Of a stretch of 64,000 nucleotides of DNA, positions 1-14,544 are shown in pieces. The stretch is taken from assembly GCF_006345805.1 (NCBI RefSeq), contig NC_042997.1:104594001-104658000 (forward strand), given 5' to 3'. Position 1 is the stretch's first letter; each line of letters starts with the position of its first letter. Below the pieces are notes generated by a model, which ran no database searches, was not told where the DNA came from, and saw nothing but the letters and a program-made list of their open reading frames with translations. The stretch is from Octopus sinensis (Eukaryota). The position numbers were made by a program, and so were the translations under genes.

Positions 1-415
1 TGAAAGAGCAGTGCATGTCATCTAAGTGACACTGGGGTAAAATATACGAAACCCAGTATACCCATCATGACTACCCGTCTGATAAGGGTACATTAGGCAC
101 ATGCACCGCAACCATATTCGCGCGACATGGTGATCTTATATCAAGATAAACAGCGCATGACCTTGCAGGTGGGACCCAGTTAGAATTTTCTTAAGGTGGA
201 GTAGCCCACCCTGCACAAAATGTCCCTGAATAAGTGTTGTTTAAGGATGTTGAACAAAAGACCCATGTTTCCAAAGGTGAATTTTCCAAACCCAAAAGAA
301 TCCTTTTCAACACATGGCTATGATGCTCCCTAGAGGTGCACATATCCTCAGCCAGTAATGTCAAGCAACTAACAAGCAAATCTGAGGTATTGAGCAGAAT
401 ATTTGCTGTAGCCCA
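1..415. mobile_element. Unclassified interspersed-repeat body, truncated by window edge
   Basis: Complex non-coding sequence (gcatgaccttgcaggtggg...aacacatggctatgatgctccc...gcagaatatttgctgtagccca) that I recall as an abundant Octopus repeat; no second copy in the window to confirm. Confidence 0.3.
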
Positions 416-569
416 TATTGATGAGGGACTCTCCAGTCGAATACGTCATGTGAGCGTTGTTCAGATTTAGCCGAAAGAACTGTGCAAATGATTTCTTTAT
501 AATGATCAAACGTTCAAGGTGTACATTAGGTCTCTCTCCGTCAAATCGGCGTTGTTTGAACAGGGAAAC

Positions 570-700
570 AATTTACGACGCATCAAGTGATCGCAGTGCA
601 ACGTGAGAAAAATATTGTTCAAGAACACAACGCACCGCCCGATCTAGTAAGTGAAATCCCGATCTCGCAATCATCAGTGCAACACCATAACCACTGAAAC
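570..700 (-). mobile_element. Degenerate tRNA-headed SINE (family D)
   Basis: Minus strand gtggttatggtgttgcactg...gcgttgtgttcttgaacaatattt..cacgttgc resembles the copy at 28851-28977. Confidence 0.4.
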
Positions 701-759
701 ATATATATATATATATATATATATATAACAACTGAAATGTATATATATATATATATATA

Positions 760-970
760 CTCTTTTACTCTTTTACTTGTTTCAGTCATTTGACTGCGGC
801 CATGCTGGAGCACCACCTTTAGTCGAGTAAATCGACCCCTGGACTTATTCTTTGTAAGCCCAGTACTTATTCTATCGGTCTCTTTTGTCGAACCGCTAAA
901 TGACGAGGACGTAAACACACCAACATCAGTTGTCAAGCAATGCTAGGGGGACAAACACATACACAAACAT

Positions 971-1009
<39 letters not shown>

Positions 1010-1154
1010 ATATACATACATATATATGACGGGCTTCTTTCAGTCGACCCAAAGCTATAGTAGAAGACACTTGCCCAAGATGCCACGCAGTGGGACTGAA
1101 CCCGGAACCATGTGTTTTGGTAAACAAGCTACTTACACACACAGCCACTCCTGC
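760..1154 (-). mobile_element. SINE family A, full-length with internal microsatellite
   Basis: Minus strand GCAGGAGTGGCTGTGTGT head with box-B-like GGTTCAGTCCC, CTTGGGCAAGTGTCTTCT body, internal (TA)/(CA) tract ~960-1027, 3' module ending GACTGAAACAAGTAAAAGAGTAAAAGAG; several copies in window. Confidence 0.9.
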
Positions 1155-1239
<85 letters not shown>

Positions 1240-1840
1240 TATATACCAATACAGGGAGACAAATGAAACAAACATACATGCATACATACACATCTTACTA
1301 CCAATGAGTCAGATTTATGTGGGTGTTGTAAGCCTCAGGTTACATAAATTTATCACACCATTCAGACTGATAACATGGCTGAAGTAGCTTGTAATACTTT
1401 TAGTCGTTGCTTGTCTAATGAATTGTTAGATTAGCTGTTGTTTCTGGCGCTATTCCTGATGTTGAATATCTTGCTACGTTTCCTGTAGTTGTTGTTGTTG
1501 TTGCTGTTGTTGTTGTTGTACTTGTTCATTTTGCCCAGGAACATTATCAGAATGTACTCTAGTAACCACATCAATTTTTTCTGCTTAGTTAACTCGAAGT
1601 AGAAGTATTCACACAGCATATATGGAGAGGCACATATCAAGTTATACATGCGTAATAATTTATATTATTATACATACACCTACACATACGCACCTATATA
1701 TACATGCATATATACATACATAATATATATATATATACATATATATATGTATGAGTGTGTGTATTATTATAATATATATATATATATTATATATATATAT
1801 ATAGTATGTATGTATGTATATAATTTCTTTTTCTTTTTTT

Positions 1841-2314
<474 letters not shown>

Positions 2315-2660
2315 CGTCTGTGTAAGTGTAGGTGTCATGGTGCAGTTCTGCGTATGTTCCTGTGTAAGAGTGTCTATGAGCATTCGCTTTTGAAAAAGTT
2401 AGTGCTAAAGTCAGAGGTGCTTGGGCAACTTAAATAAGACATTAAATGTTGCACTTTTTTCAGGAACATAACCCAACATGACCCAATGTGCGAATATATA
2501 TCTGTACGTTAAAATATATCATGATGTATGTGTGTGTCTGTGTGTATGTGTATGCATTCGCACATCTGCATACATATACGTGCATACATATGTTTATATA
2601 TAAATATATATAACGATGGTATATATGATATATCTATATATATGTATACACACACATAGA

Positions 2661-2708
<48 letters not shown>

Positions 2709-2940
2709 GGTCTCTCTTCCTCTCTCTCTCTCTGCATATATATAATATATATACATGTATATATACACACACAAACACACACGCATACACACACACGTAC
2801 ACAAACATACACACAGACACAAACACACACACACATAGACACACATACATACACACACTCACACACATACACAAAAGTACGCACACACACACACGCATAC
2901 GCACACATATACTCAACATATACAATGTTAATGCAGACAC

Positions 2941-3105
2941 TTCTTTCTCTTCGTTTCTGTCTTTGATTCGTCTCCTCATTCCTCTCCGTAGAAGATCGAA
3001 GCCTTGAAACGTCAAAGACCTTCCATTTTTCTTGAGTCTCATACTAATACACTTTTTTGGCTGTTCTTTCACCTGTGTCTGTCTTGCACCCATAAACACT
3101 AATAC
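2941..3105 (+). mobile_element. PLE-type 3' terminal module with decayed HHR
   Basis: ccgtagaagatcgaagccttGAAACGTCaaagaccttccatttttcttgagt aligns to the minus-strand copy at 10490-10650. Confidence 0.5.
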
Positions 3106-3757
3106 ATACAATCAGAAGTATATGTGAGTGCATATACGTGTGTATGTAAAAACTGCAATCACTCACACAGCAATGAATTCAATGCAAAAATGTTAAATAT
3201 GTCCTAATGATTGTTTTAAAACACGACAGTAACATTAAAATTCCACCAGAGCTACGTTATGTGTATTAAGTACATCCTCTAGCACTCTCCCTTTCTCTTA
3301 CATGCACACGCAAATACGCACACAGGCACATACGTATGTATATATAAATATACACACTCAAAGTCACACACATATATATACATATGCACATATGCATATC
3401 GCATTCATATCGTGTTAAAGGGATTAGCTCTTCCCGTCAATTCTTTTAATTTGTGTTACAACCCGAAACTATTTGTAATCTCATATGTATTTGTGAATCA
3501 CTTATTCTACAAAATAACTCACTGAGACTAATTGTGGTGTTTACTGTGGAGTAATTATGCATCTTATTACCAAGTACACATGCATATACATATATTAGGC
3601 GCAATCATGCCTGTGTACCTAAGTGAATCACATTCAAACTACAAGTTCACATTGAAGCTCACTTTGTTCGGAATCTTGCGCAAGTGTCTTCTATTATAAT
3701 TACAGAACGGCCACTTGACCAGTGACGCTTGAAATATACATTAGTATTATACACACA

Positions 3758-3799
<42 letters not shown>

Positions 3800-4024
3800 C
3801 ATGTACATAACAGGTAAGAGAAATGAAGTGAGAGAATAAAGGCGTATTCCCTTCGTTTACGGCTGTTTCATAATATTGTGAGTTATATAGCAGATATTAC
3901 ATTAACATTCGCACATCCTATCAGGTGGTGCTATAAAGTTTTAGATGGCCTGGACCAATCTTTGGTCGAAACATATCTAAATTATCTAAGTGATATATAC
4001 GCACATATATACATGTAAATATAT

Positions 4025-4330
4025 ATATTGATAGAAATGGTAAGACAACAAAAGAATGAAAGAGGCCTCAGTATTATGTAAATAGAGGAATTTATCTGTA
4101 AATATAATATGTGACAATTATTCGGTAGCCATGATAAAACTCTGAGTTTCGGATGTCGGTACCGAAACCCGCGACGCCATCTCTTCAGTTATCCGGCCAT
4201 CGAAAAACTGCTTTGGGGTTCACTGACATCGAGAGCCTTTCCTGGTAAAAGCACATCCTAATCGTATTCAGGGTCGCATCCCTACAACTAGGCATTCAGA
4301 ACAAACTAACACTTCAATTTCTCGGGTCCT
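4025..4330 (-). mobile_element. PLE-type terminal module ending in (TA)n
   Basis: Contains the HHR at 4126-4199; partial siblings at 9711-9795 (+) and 60402-60465 (-). Confidence 0.65.
4126..4199 (-). ncRNA. Type I hammerhead ribozyme motif
   Basis: Minus: TGGCCGGATAA-CTGAAGA-GATG..CATC-C-GAAA-C-TCAGA-GT-T | TTATCATGGCTA. Stem I 11 bp with one bulge; predicted GUU cleavage at 4138/4137; one unpaired C before G12. Confidence 0.7.
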
Positions 4331-5491
4331 GTAATATTGCTCTATTATCTGATATGGTATTGCTGCTGCTACTGCTGTTGCTGCTGCACACAGAGATATC
4401 TTAAACGGCATTCAGAAAAGAGCCAACTGACTGGCATAGAGACTCTCACCATCAGTCTTGCCCACCATCAGTGGTACGTCTTCTTTTTCTGTATCTACTA
4501 CCATAATTATAGGGATTCTGCTTCTCGGAGCAGGCTGAGTATATATCATTTATAATTAAACAGTGCCAATCCACTCATCTCTACTACTCTTACCTCACTT
4601 TTGTGTCTAATCCCATACGCGTCACAATGATCAATACACCTTTCTTCCAGGGTGTCACATCTCATGAATGCCTTTCCTCTACTCATGTCTTTCCCGCAGG
4701 TATTTCTTTATAAAAGTAAATGAGTTTCTTCTAATAATTTCAAGTTCTCCAGACTGAAAGTTTATTGGAAAGCAACACTCGTTTCCCACTCTTCCCGCCT
4801 TAGGAAATAAAAGCAGGATGTATAACTCTAACGCTGTTAGTCCTTCGAAAGTTTCGGACAATATAGACAATGCAGATTAGAATAGTTTTGGTGTTTAAAG
4901 TCAGTCAGTGAAAGAAAACGGCAAGGTTCCGTCTCATTACCGTTCCTCGGTGGAAAAATTTATACTTCTAAAAAGAATAATTGTCATAGAATCAACCTAA
5001 AAAAAAAAAATGATGAAATTATAGCCACGATTCTTGGTAATATCTGCAATATGATACAGAGAAGATGCCACAGAGAAATGCTTTTCTTAGTGAATATATT
5101 GCAGCAGGGTCCCATATCACTTTCAGTTGTATCATTTTTGTCATTCATTGTTTTACGGAAATTCATCAGTTGCAGTTTGATATTGAGGTGAGAAGGGCCA
5201 TGAAGTTCATGAAAAGACATTATTACAATAAATAGCTAGAGAACTTACTGCTGTTTTACTATTTATTTCTCAAAATTTCCCCTTAGAAAAGATAAGTAAG
5301 AAAATTATGGTGCTTATTCATAGACAGAAAGTGAAAAAAAATCATTAAACTAAATGAATTAAAGGTTAGAGCGAGATATCTGGACGACATGAAAATAGAT
5401 ATATAGCATAAAATTATATACTGTATATAAGATAATATCTGTATGCTTGTACGTTTCTCTCTATGTGGCGTGTGTATATATATATAGTATA

Positions 5492-5558
<67 letters not shown>

Positions 5559-6256
5559 CGCGCGTGTAAGTTATCAAGGAAAGAGGAAGATTGAACATAT
5601 TGCATGGTAAAGTGTGTATTGGAAAAGAGAAATCTTTTTTCTAGCGATTTAAATTTCAAGCCACAGAGATCTCAGGCTAGAGTGTACGCCCAAGTTGTGC
5701 CTATATATATATATGTATATATATATACACACACACATTCTGAACATATATTTACATTCTGAACACGTGTGTGTGTTGTGTATGTGTGTTAATACGCATG
5801 TTGGAGAAAGTGGGTGAATGTATAGAATATTTCTATGTATTACTATATGTACATAAAACACAGAACAATTGCTAAATAAAGTAAGAATTGTCATTCAAAA
5901 GCTAAATTCTCCGATTATATGTGAAATGAAAAAAAAAAAAAAATGGAAAAAAGAAAGGAAAAGGAAAAACACATAGGAAATAATGAAAAACAAAATAATA
6001 TATCAACCAATAAGCCAAGAGATGGAAAAATACAAATAAAACAAATATTATAAGCAAAACAATCCAAGGAGTATGCTTATAAATCTTCTCCTTGTGACAC
6101 TAAAGTGCGCAAAAGAAAACTTACAGCGTACAGAGAGCGATATCCACACGCGTACACAATCGCATACGCACACTAGCATAAATTTGCAGCATGTACGTAA
6201 GCGTATATACACCCATACTTGAATATAAATAATTGAATATAAATACACATACTTTC

Positions 6257-6333
<77 letters not shown>

Positions 6334-6373
6334 GACGCACATATAAATATACATGCATACTTACATATACTAA

Positions 6374-6416
<43 letters not shown>

Positions 6417-6432
6417 ATATATAAATAAGTAT

Positions 6433-6476
<44 letters not shown>

Positions 6477-6733
6477 GCGTGAATATAGTTACGTATGTGC
6501 GGTGTGCGTGAGTGTGTGATTGTCTTTGTGTGTGTACATGTACGTGTTTACGATCATTTGTATAGAAACGTGTTATGTAAACCTTGCTTTATATATTTTA
6601 TTACACACCCACACATGCACACACAGACACAAATACACACACATACACGCACACATGTATTTGTATGTTTAGATATGTGTATTTATTAACCTTAGTATAT
6701 GCAAATATATATACATATGTATTTGTAGGTATG

Positions 6734-6775
<42 letters not shown>

Positions 6776-7362
6776 TATATATATCTATTTGCATATCTAT
6801 ATACGTGTGTGCGCATGTATATGTATGTTTGTATCATGCATCTATGTATATATAGTTTCGTGTGTGCGTGTTTATATATATATGAAATGTATACCTCTAT
6901 ACACAGACTTACACATTGCACATATAGGTATATGAAAAAAATTATGTGTATTTGCACTTACATGTACATATGTATATGTTAGAAGCATTAGAAAAAAAAA
7001 AGAAAAACAGAGGGATTTAGGTATATACTGTGTTTTTTATTACCAGAAAAACCTGTAAATCTCCAGTTTATCACCACCCGAGGCAGTTTCAATTCTTACC
7101 GAGTGTCACGTAAAATCAACTCCAGCTACATTGCATAGGAGATAGAAAAAAAGTAATACTGAAACAAAACTAATACTTCGACCGATTTGATGGAAGAAGA
7201 ATATATGTGAGGAAATATAAAACACCAAAGATTTCATTTAGATACAAATACTTAACGAATTCTATCGCTTCCACTTTAGTTCTGTTTTGAAGCCGGTTCG
7301 GATATTTTGCATTCGTTTATTGCTGGTATGTGTGTGCGAGACGCGTAAGTGGTCGTGTGTGC

Positions 7363-7409
<47 letters not shown>

Positions 7410-7655
7410 CGTACGTTTGTGTTTTATGTACATGTGAGCACACACACCAATGTATACACACGCAGACACACACATATCATTTACAGTATAGCATGAATAT
7501 GTCCAACACACACACATATATATATATATAATATATATACACAAACAAAAACACGCATATATGTGTTTGTGTGAGTGCGTGTGTATGCTTGTGCATCGAT
7601 ATGTATAAACACGCTTAAACGTATATAGGTGTATGTACATATACATATATATATG

Positions 7656-7707
<52 letters not shown>

Positions 7708-7713
<6 letters not shown>

Positions 7714-7795
7714 GATAGATAGATTGATAGATAGATAGATAGATAGATAGATCGATACATCGATTGATAGATAGACAGATAGATAGATAGATAGT

Positions 7796-7861
<66 letters not shown>

Positions 7862-7862
7862 C
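7708..7862. repeat. (GATA)n microsatellite
   Basis: Direct reading; similar tracts at ~12895-12992 and ~57895-58080. Confidence 0.95.
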
Positions 7863-8653
7863 ACATGTATATTCATAAAATGTTCTCGCACGCACTCACT
7901 TACGTACGCATATGTGTGGGTATTATTGGTGAGGTGTATATTTGTGATAGTTTCATTATTAAAGGACGATGTGTGTGTAAGATAAAATATGTGGCTGATA
8001 CAATATGAGAATTGTTGTATAAATATGTGTATTCATATGTATGTGCGTTTATGTATGTATATGTGCATGAATGTGTGTGCGTTTGTGTATGTGCGTGTAT
8101 GTGTGTGCGTGCGTGTATGTGCGTGTGTGTGTGCGTGTGTGTGTGTGTGTGTGCGTATGTGTGTGTGTGAGAACGAGAGAAAGCGAATGAAAGATTAAAT
8201 GAGATAACGTCTGAAAGAACTAGACAGTGATCGATGGCGAGAAAGACAGCGATGAACAGAAATGGACATTCCGTAGAGATGTAGAGAAAATAGAATTGAG
8301 AATATGACGGAACAAGGAGTACGAGCTTTCTAAATAGTTTGTCCGACATTTTATTGGAGATGGGGGACCGGCTTGACGCTTGTTTATTCGACAAATCTTT
8401 CACTTAAACTAAAACATTAACAAAAAGCAGAATTATTGATGGCAGCAAATTCAATGCAGGGAAATAAAATACTATATCGATGTTTGAAGTACCAGGAATT
8501 GTGGTGAATTCTGAAGAAATCTCCCGAACAGCATTATCCTAGATTTACATACAAGCATTCGAAACTACGGAGGTCTCAATATTTACTATGTTGCACATTC
8601 GCAGCGCATATATATGTGTGTGTGTATATACATACATACACACACACACACAC

Positions 8654-8742
<89 letters not shown>

Positions 8743-8749
8743 GTATGTA

Positions 8750-9070
8750 GGCGTAGGAGTGGCTGTGTGGTAAGTAGCTTGTTTACCAACCACATAGTTC
8801 CGTGTTCAGTCCCACTGCGTGGCACCTTCGGCAAGTGTCTTCTACTATAGCCTCGGGCCGACCAAAGCCTTGTGAGTGGATTTGATACACGGAAACTGAA
8901 AGATATGTATGTGTGTATATGTTTGTCCCCCAATTCGCTTGACAATCGATGCTGCGATTTGGCGAAAGTGACCAATAGAATAAGTACTAGGCTTACAAAG
9001 ACTAAGTCCTGGGGCCGATTTGCTCGACTAAAGGCGGTGCTCCAGCAAATGATTGAAACAAGTAAAAGAG
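8750..9070 (+). mobile_element. SINE family A with internal deletions
   Basis: GGCGTAGGAGTGGCTGTGTGG head to GAAACAAGTAAAAGAG tail, short internal microsatellite. Confidence 0.9.
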
Positions 9071-9107
9071 TATATGAAAACAAGAGTTACGGAACGTCAG
9101 GAATGGC

Positions 9108-9316
9108 AAATATTCAAGCGAGGTATATTCCGCAGGCTACCTTTCAGGCTAAGGATATCTTGGTTAAATGAAAGTTTACTATTCTCCTCTCCTACTGGGC
9201 TCTCTCAACATCCTGATTGAATATTCTATGCGCTAGCATATGCCTCCATGCAACTATGTAAACGTTCATGTATTCAAGATATCTTTAACCAGAAGAGTAG
9301 TGTCGCTTGAATATTT
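9108..9316. repeat. Imperfect inverted repeat (MITE-like)
   Basis: Arms 9108-9178 and 9259-9316; outer 14 bp perfect (aaatattcaagcga / tcgcttgaatattt). Confidence 0.65.
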
Positions 9317-9589
9317 ATCACTTCTGAGGTTCCGCTCGCTATGAAATATATTTAATCCGGATCATATCTACTTCATTCGGTAACTCACGCATACTCGGCA
9401 AACCTGGTTGCCTACCGTGAAATATTAAAAGGACTTTTTTTCAGTTTATTGTATTTCAATACACAAAAAAAAAAAAGAAAAAAACACAACCTTCCAACTC
9501 AATAAACCATTATTGTCCCTGAAATTTATTTTTTATAGTTACTACGGATTGCTTGGAGCTAACATTCTTCCTGCACCTCGATCCCTGGA

Positions 9590-9639
<50 letters not shown>

Positions 9640-9664
9640 ACACACACAAACACACACACACATG

Positions 9665-9710
<46 letters not shown>

Positions 9711-9711
<1 letters not shown>

Positions 9712-9795
9712 GCCGGTGTGGGTTTCCGCCCCGTCATCCGCAACTCGGTGTTTTATCATGGCTATTGAATAATTGTCACATATATTCACAGATAT
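9711..9795 (+). mobile_element. Truncated sibling of the 4025-4330 module
   Basis: gggtttccgccccgtcatccgcaactcggtgttttatcatggctattgaataattgtcacat aligns to 4126-4170 minus; the 5' half of the HHR is missing and GAAA has become GCAA. Confidence 0.6.
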
Positions 9796-10331
9796 ATATA
9801 TGTACATATATATATGTGTGTGTGTGTGTGAATGTTCGACTTACAAGAAAGATCGAAGGGAATAATTACAAGGTAGCCAGATGTCACATAAGTGTCCTGG
9901 GAATCAGTGTTCACACTAGTATATTCCTATATGTATATGCATGTATATTTATATATGTGTGCATGTATATATGCATGCGTGTGTATGTGCACGCATGTAT
10001 CTATTTGTGTATCTATGTTTTTAGCATATATGTATATCCTTATGCGTGTGTATGTATATGTGTTATATGTGTATGTAGCACGTGTGTACACGTATATATA
10101 TACGTCACATATTGGAGTGTCTTACATCTGATAAAATGTCTAATTGATGAGCACTATTGTTTTTATCCTCCCTGATAAGATTGATGTATCGCTCTACATT
10201 ATTCATCCTGTCGGATTTATTTTGTATGCATCCATCGAAACATATGTCGATGATATAAAGATATAAAGAATTTAACATCTTGAGCGTTTGTTTCCATTTT
10301 CAATTTTCCTATATATATATTATATATAATA

Positions 10332-10445
<114 letters not shown>

Positions 10446-10489
10446 TAGAGAGAGAGAGAGAAAGAGAGAGGGGGACAAGAGAAAGGGAT

Positions 10490-10650
10490 GTGTTCATTGT
10501 AAATAATAATAATAAAAGATAGAGTCAAATGAATGAACAGCAAACAAGGCGTATTAACTTTGATACTCAGGAAAAATAGAAAAGTCATTGACATTTCGAG
10601 CCTTCACTCTTAGAAACAAATGATGGAACAATATGAACAGAGACAAAAAA
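10490..10650 (-). mobile_element. PLE-type terminal module, sibling of 2941-3105
   Basis: Minus: aagagtgaaggctcGAAATGTCaatgacttttctatttttcctgagt; core decayed. Confidence 0.5.
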
Positions 10651-10781
10651 ATGGAGAGAGAAAAAGCTGAGCCTGGATTAACGACATGCGGAAATGACCT
10701 ATATACACAGATGGGCACCAGAGTAAGCACATAAGTGTGGAACTAGGTAGAAAAACATAGTACTCGAATATCGGAATATGC

Positions 10782-10938
10782 TTTATTAATAAGCCTGCGA
10801 AGACATCATAAAAACTGTTACTCAGAGTTTCACGCTCCCCTTTGTTGAACAGTTTTGTTTGAGAAAACTGTCCGACGAAAGGGAATGTGAAATTTTGAGT
10901 AACAGATTTTGTGATGTCTTTGCAGGTTTATTAATAAA
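10782..10938. repeat. Head-to-head inverted pair of HHR-bearing PLE modules (75-bp arms, 7-nt loop)
   Basis: Arms 10782-10856 and 10864-10938 with 12 differences, 11 of them transitions. Right arm reads CTGT-CCGACGA-AAGGGAATGT-GAAA-TTTTGA-GTA | ACAG. Confidence 0.8.
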
Positions 10939-12597
10939 TTATGCAGATAATTAGATACATGTGTAGATAGGATCTCGAAAACTTCGCAGATCAATTGATC
11001 TGACATTTGTGATTGTAGCAGTAATACCGTTCTATATAGGTGAGCAAAACTGAAATGTAGGATTCCTGTAGTATCGTAGTAGGGTAGCATAGCGATAATA
11101 TAGAAAGGATGCTGTTTATATATTGAAGTTTGAACTTTGTTATAAAGTGATGTCAGCGTGGATAAGTCGCCTGGTGTACCAAGTGAACGGTGGTGTTACG
11201 TGTTTAGTTTGATATTTTCGAAATAAAAGATAAAAGGAAAATAAAATTAAACGCTTTATTAAAAATTTAAACTGTAATAAAATATGTTGTTCGTGCATTT
11301 AAGTCCTTTGTTCATTATGAAAAAATTAAAAACTTTAAAGCCGACGCACAGCTAGTCCTGAGCCTCAGCAACACTAGGGCTAGGCCTATTGTTGTCATGT
11401 GGTTTATTTCAAACAGCTGTCATAGCAGGTATGAAAGATCTTGTAGTAAAGAATGATGTCTATTGAGAAGGTGGGTAGTCAACTATTGTCTGGTGGTTGT
11501 AGTTTTACTGTGGCGGATTTAGAGCAGAAATAAATCCTTCTTTGACCGGGTGATTCAGGTTTTACCGAGGGATTAAGGTAACGGCAAAAAAGTAAATGCA
11601 GCGCTCTGAAAATAGGATGAAAAGGGAAATGGCTTTATTCCCTGTATGCGACTTATGGTACCACCTCTAAGAAAGAACATCTGTACTTTGTAATGCGGGC
11701 AATTTCAGATCTGCAAGGGTTTCCCTCGTTAGTTGTTGTCCTAGTGTTCAGGTAATATTACCTCTTTGCACAACCTTATTCTCCTTATTTTTCTTTCAAT
11801 CTACTTGAAATCCGAAGCACACAAACTTTTGTAAAGTTTGCTTGTAATGTAAAATCAAAAGTAAATTCAAGATATTGAGGCAAACAATAGAAACAAAATT
11901 TCATGAATAAACTTTAGTTCAGTTGTATTAGTTACATTGTAGTCAACTTAAAAACAGTTGCGTTTGTTACATTATATTGAACATATTTTTTTAATGTTTT
12001 CAACAGCATAATTTTATTTACTTTTCCTTTCTTTGCCATTAACCAATTCAGACTGGAATTGTTAAACGAATTGCATTAAGAGAAACGATGCTAAAAGGAT
12101 TTAAAATTTAAATCAAATTTAAATGACTTGTTTCAGATGGAAAAGAAAGAGAAAGTACAAACATACAACAAACATTTTACAAAAACAAACAGAAAAGAAT
12201 TAAAATTGTTAAGCTTGTGTTGGAGATATCAATAATTTAGTTGTTTAAACATTAAACAGGTGTAAGTCAAAGTTTCGCGAACATTCCAGCAGTAAATCAA
12301 ATATACTAGGTAATTTTATCATCAACGAGGTATTTGCCTGATAAAAGAAATGGGAGAGATTGCTCAATAGAATTTATTTCCAAAGCACATTCTACAATAT
12401 GTAAGGAGGAGGACACAATGAAATTTTAATAAATGATGATAGTTTAAGCGAAATATCAACCTGTTAGTGATAATATAACACATTAAAAATTCCCTCTCTT
12501 TCTTTTTCTCGCTATATCTCTCATACGCATTGTGTGCGTATGTGAGTATATATATATACATACATATATATATATATATATTATATATACATTTATA

Positions 12598-12733
<136 letters not shown>

Positions 12734-12903
12734 ATTTGTATAAAAATGATAGATAGAGAGAAAGATAGAAAAATAGACAGATAGAGAGAAAGGATATATA
12801 GATAAAGAGAAAGATAGGAAAATAGACAGACTGGCACATAGATAGATAGATGGATATATATATAAATAGATAAATAGAGAGAGAGAGAGCTAGATAAATA
12901 GAC

Positions 12904-12972
<69 letters not shown>

Positions 12973-13244
12973 TAGATAGATAGATAGATAGACGCACGCT
13001 CCAAAACAACTTGCGAATTCAGGCGAACATGTTTATGGAAATGTTAACATATATCCAAATAAAACCATATAAATAAATATGAACACTTACATATAGATAG
13101 AAGAAATCGGTGTGAATATTGTATATATATCGTATCGCTAAACTATATATACTATACAAATACATACACACACGCATTAATGCGTGTGTATACACACACA
13201 TATATATACATACATATATACACACACATTAATGCGTTTGTATA

Positions 13245-13295
<51 letters not shown>

Positions 13296-13384
13296 TATAT
13301 ATAGGTGAATGAATTATCCTATGCTTATCGTCAGCATGGAAAATTCGTTTAACCGAAACCTGGGTAGCAAATTCACGTCAGAAA

Positions 13385-13800
13385 CATGGTTGTGCGACCT
13401 GTCCAAGGGTAGAAACTCCGGGTTCATGTGCAGAAATTTGTCTGTTGTATACGAATAAATGAAAGAATGGAGTCGAACGAAGATGTTAACAAAATTCCTA
13501 TACTCTCGACATATGTTTCGAAGACAACATGTTTTCATTCCAAAGGAATAAAGGGTGCATTATGCAATCTTCTCACCAGGAAAGAAAGGGAGCCTCTCTC
13601 GACAACAAGACAAACAAAAATTTCGATGACTGCCTACATGGTAAACAAAGCGATAATGAGTGTTTTTTTTAAAAAAACCGTTAGAAGAATTGACGTCAAA
13701 GATAGATAGTAGGAAGAGAAGGGTTAAAGGAATAATAGGCAGGGAACAAGTGGAGAGGGAAGGGTACGTTGATTGAAGGAATATTCAAAGGCTTAGGAAA
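13385..13800 (+). pseudogene. GIY-YIG endonuclease remnant (PLE)
   Basis: Across frameshifts: GCATCP (CxxC-like), VVY (13444-13452), YVSKT (13512-13526; cf. YIGxT) and a decayed RIKEH-like ggaataaagggtgcat. Confidence 0.5.
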
Positions 13801-14100
13801 GAATTTCGCTATAGAAGTGGGGTGGACGTAAAGCTAATTGTTCAAACCACAGTGACTATCGTTATCCTTTATATGAGTAGAAAGTATAAGGTTCCCCTAG
13901 TAAACACACTCATAGAAAAATCATACAAATGTAAACACTGGCAGAAATATACTTTCTACTCATTTTTGTTCGAAATTTTTACCGGCATCCCCTCTGTCGC
14001 CGGGTATAATCTGCGTCTGCGCAGTGGTTTGAAAAGTTAGGATATACAAACCGTTAGTTCTACATGTGTATCTGACTGTCAGTATGTCTGAAATCTAAAG

Positions 14101-14179
14101 GCTATCCCACTGATGAAAACTGGCCTTCAGCGAATATTTTTTGCTGGAAATAGTTAGAAACCATGGTCTGGGAAATAGT
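14101..14179 (+). ncRNA. Type I hammerhead ribozyme motif, copy 1
   Basis: GCTATCCCA-CTGATGA-A-AACTG..(TTCAGC/GCTGGA hairpin)..TAGTT-A-GAAA-C-CATG-GT-C | TGGGA-AA-TAGT. Predicted GUC cleavage after 14168; palindromic CATG loop III; A.A mismatch at base of stem II. Confidence 0.8.
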
Positions 14180-14544
14180 TGAGATGGTAAACGTTTTTAA
14201 TTTTCATTCCTTTCGATAATTTATCCTTTTTGTGATTTTTGAGATTTCTACTGCTCTTTCTTGCACAACGCTTTCCTATTTGGAAGCCTCTTATTTTATT
14301 TCTATATGAGTAATATATAGTCTAATGACTAATTCGTTTTTGTGCTAGGCCACTAGTAATAATAATTTATTATTACCCTATGTATTATGTTTAAATACTG
14401 TTTGATAAATTTGTTCGAAATTTTTACCGGCATCCCCTCTGTCACCGGGTATAATCTGCGTCTGCGCAGTGGTTTGAAAAGTTAGGATATACAATCCGTT
14501 AGTTCTACATGTGTATCTGGCTGTCTGTATGTTGAAATCTAAAA

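Noticed and set aside
8506-8530. Isolated CTGANGA words (8506, ~18286, ~31237, ~41367, ~46417)
   Set aside because: No stem II/GAAA/stem III arrangement; expected by chance or within coding remnants.
10782-10938. Pre-miRNA, or a retroposed ADAR-edited hairpin (8 of 12 differences are G.U-compatible)
   Set aside because: Better explained as inverted PLE modules; several differences fall at CpG, and the counts are too small to show bias.
11330-11800. Possible minus-strand PLE endonuclease end and tail
   Set aside because: Only a weak EGFISALNP resemblance and no clear HHR.
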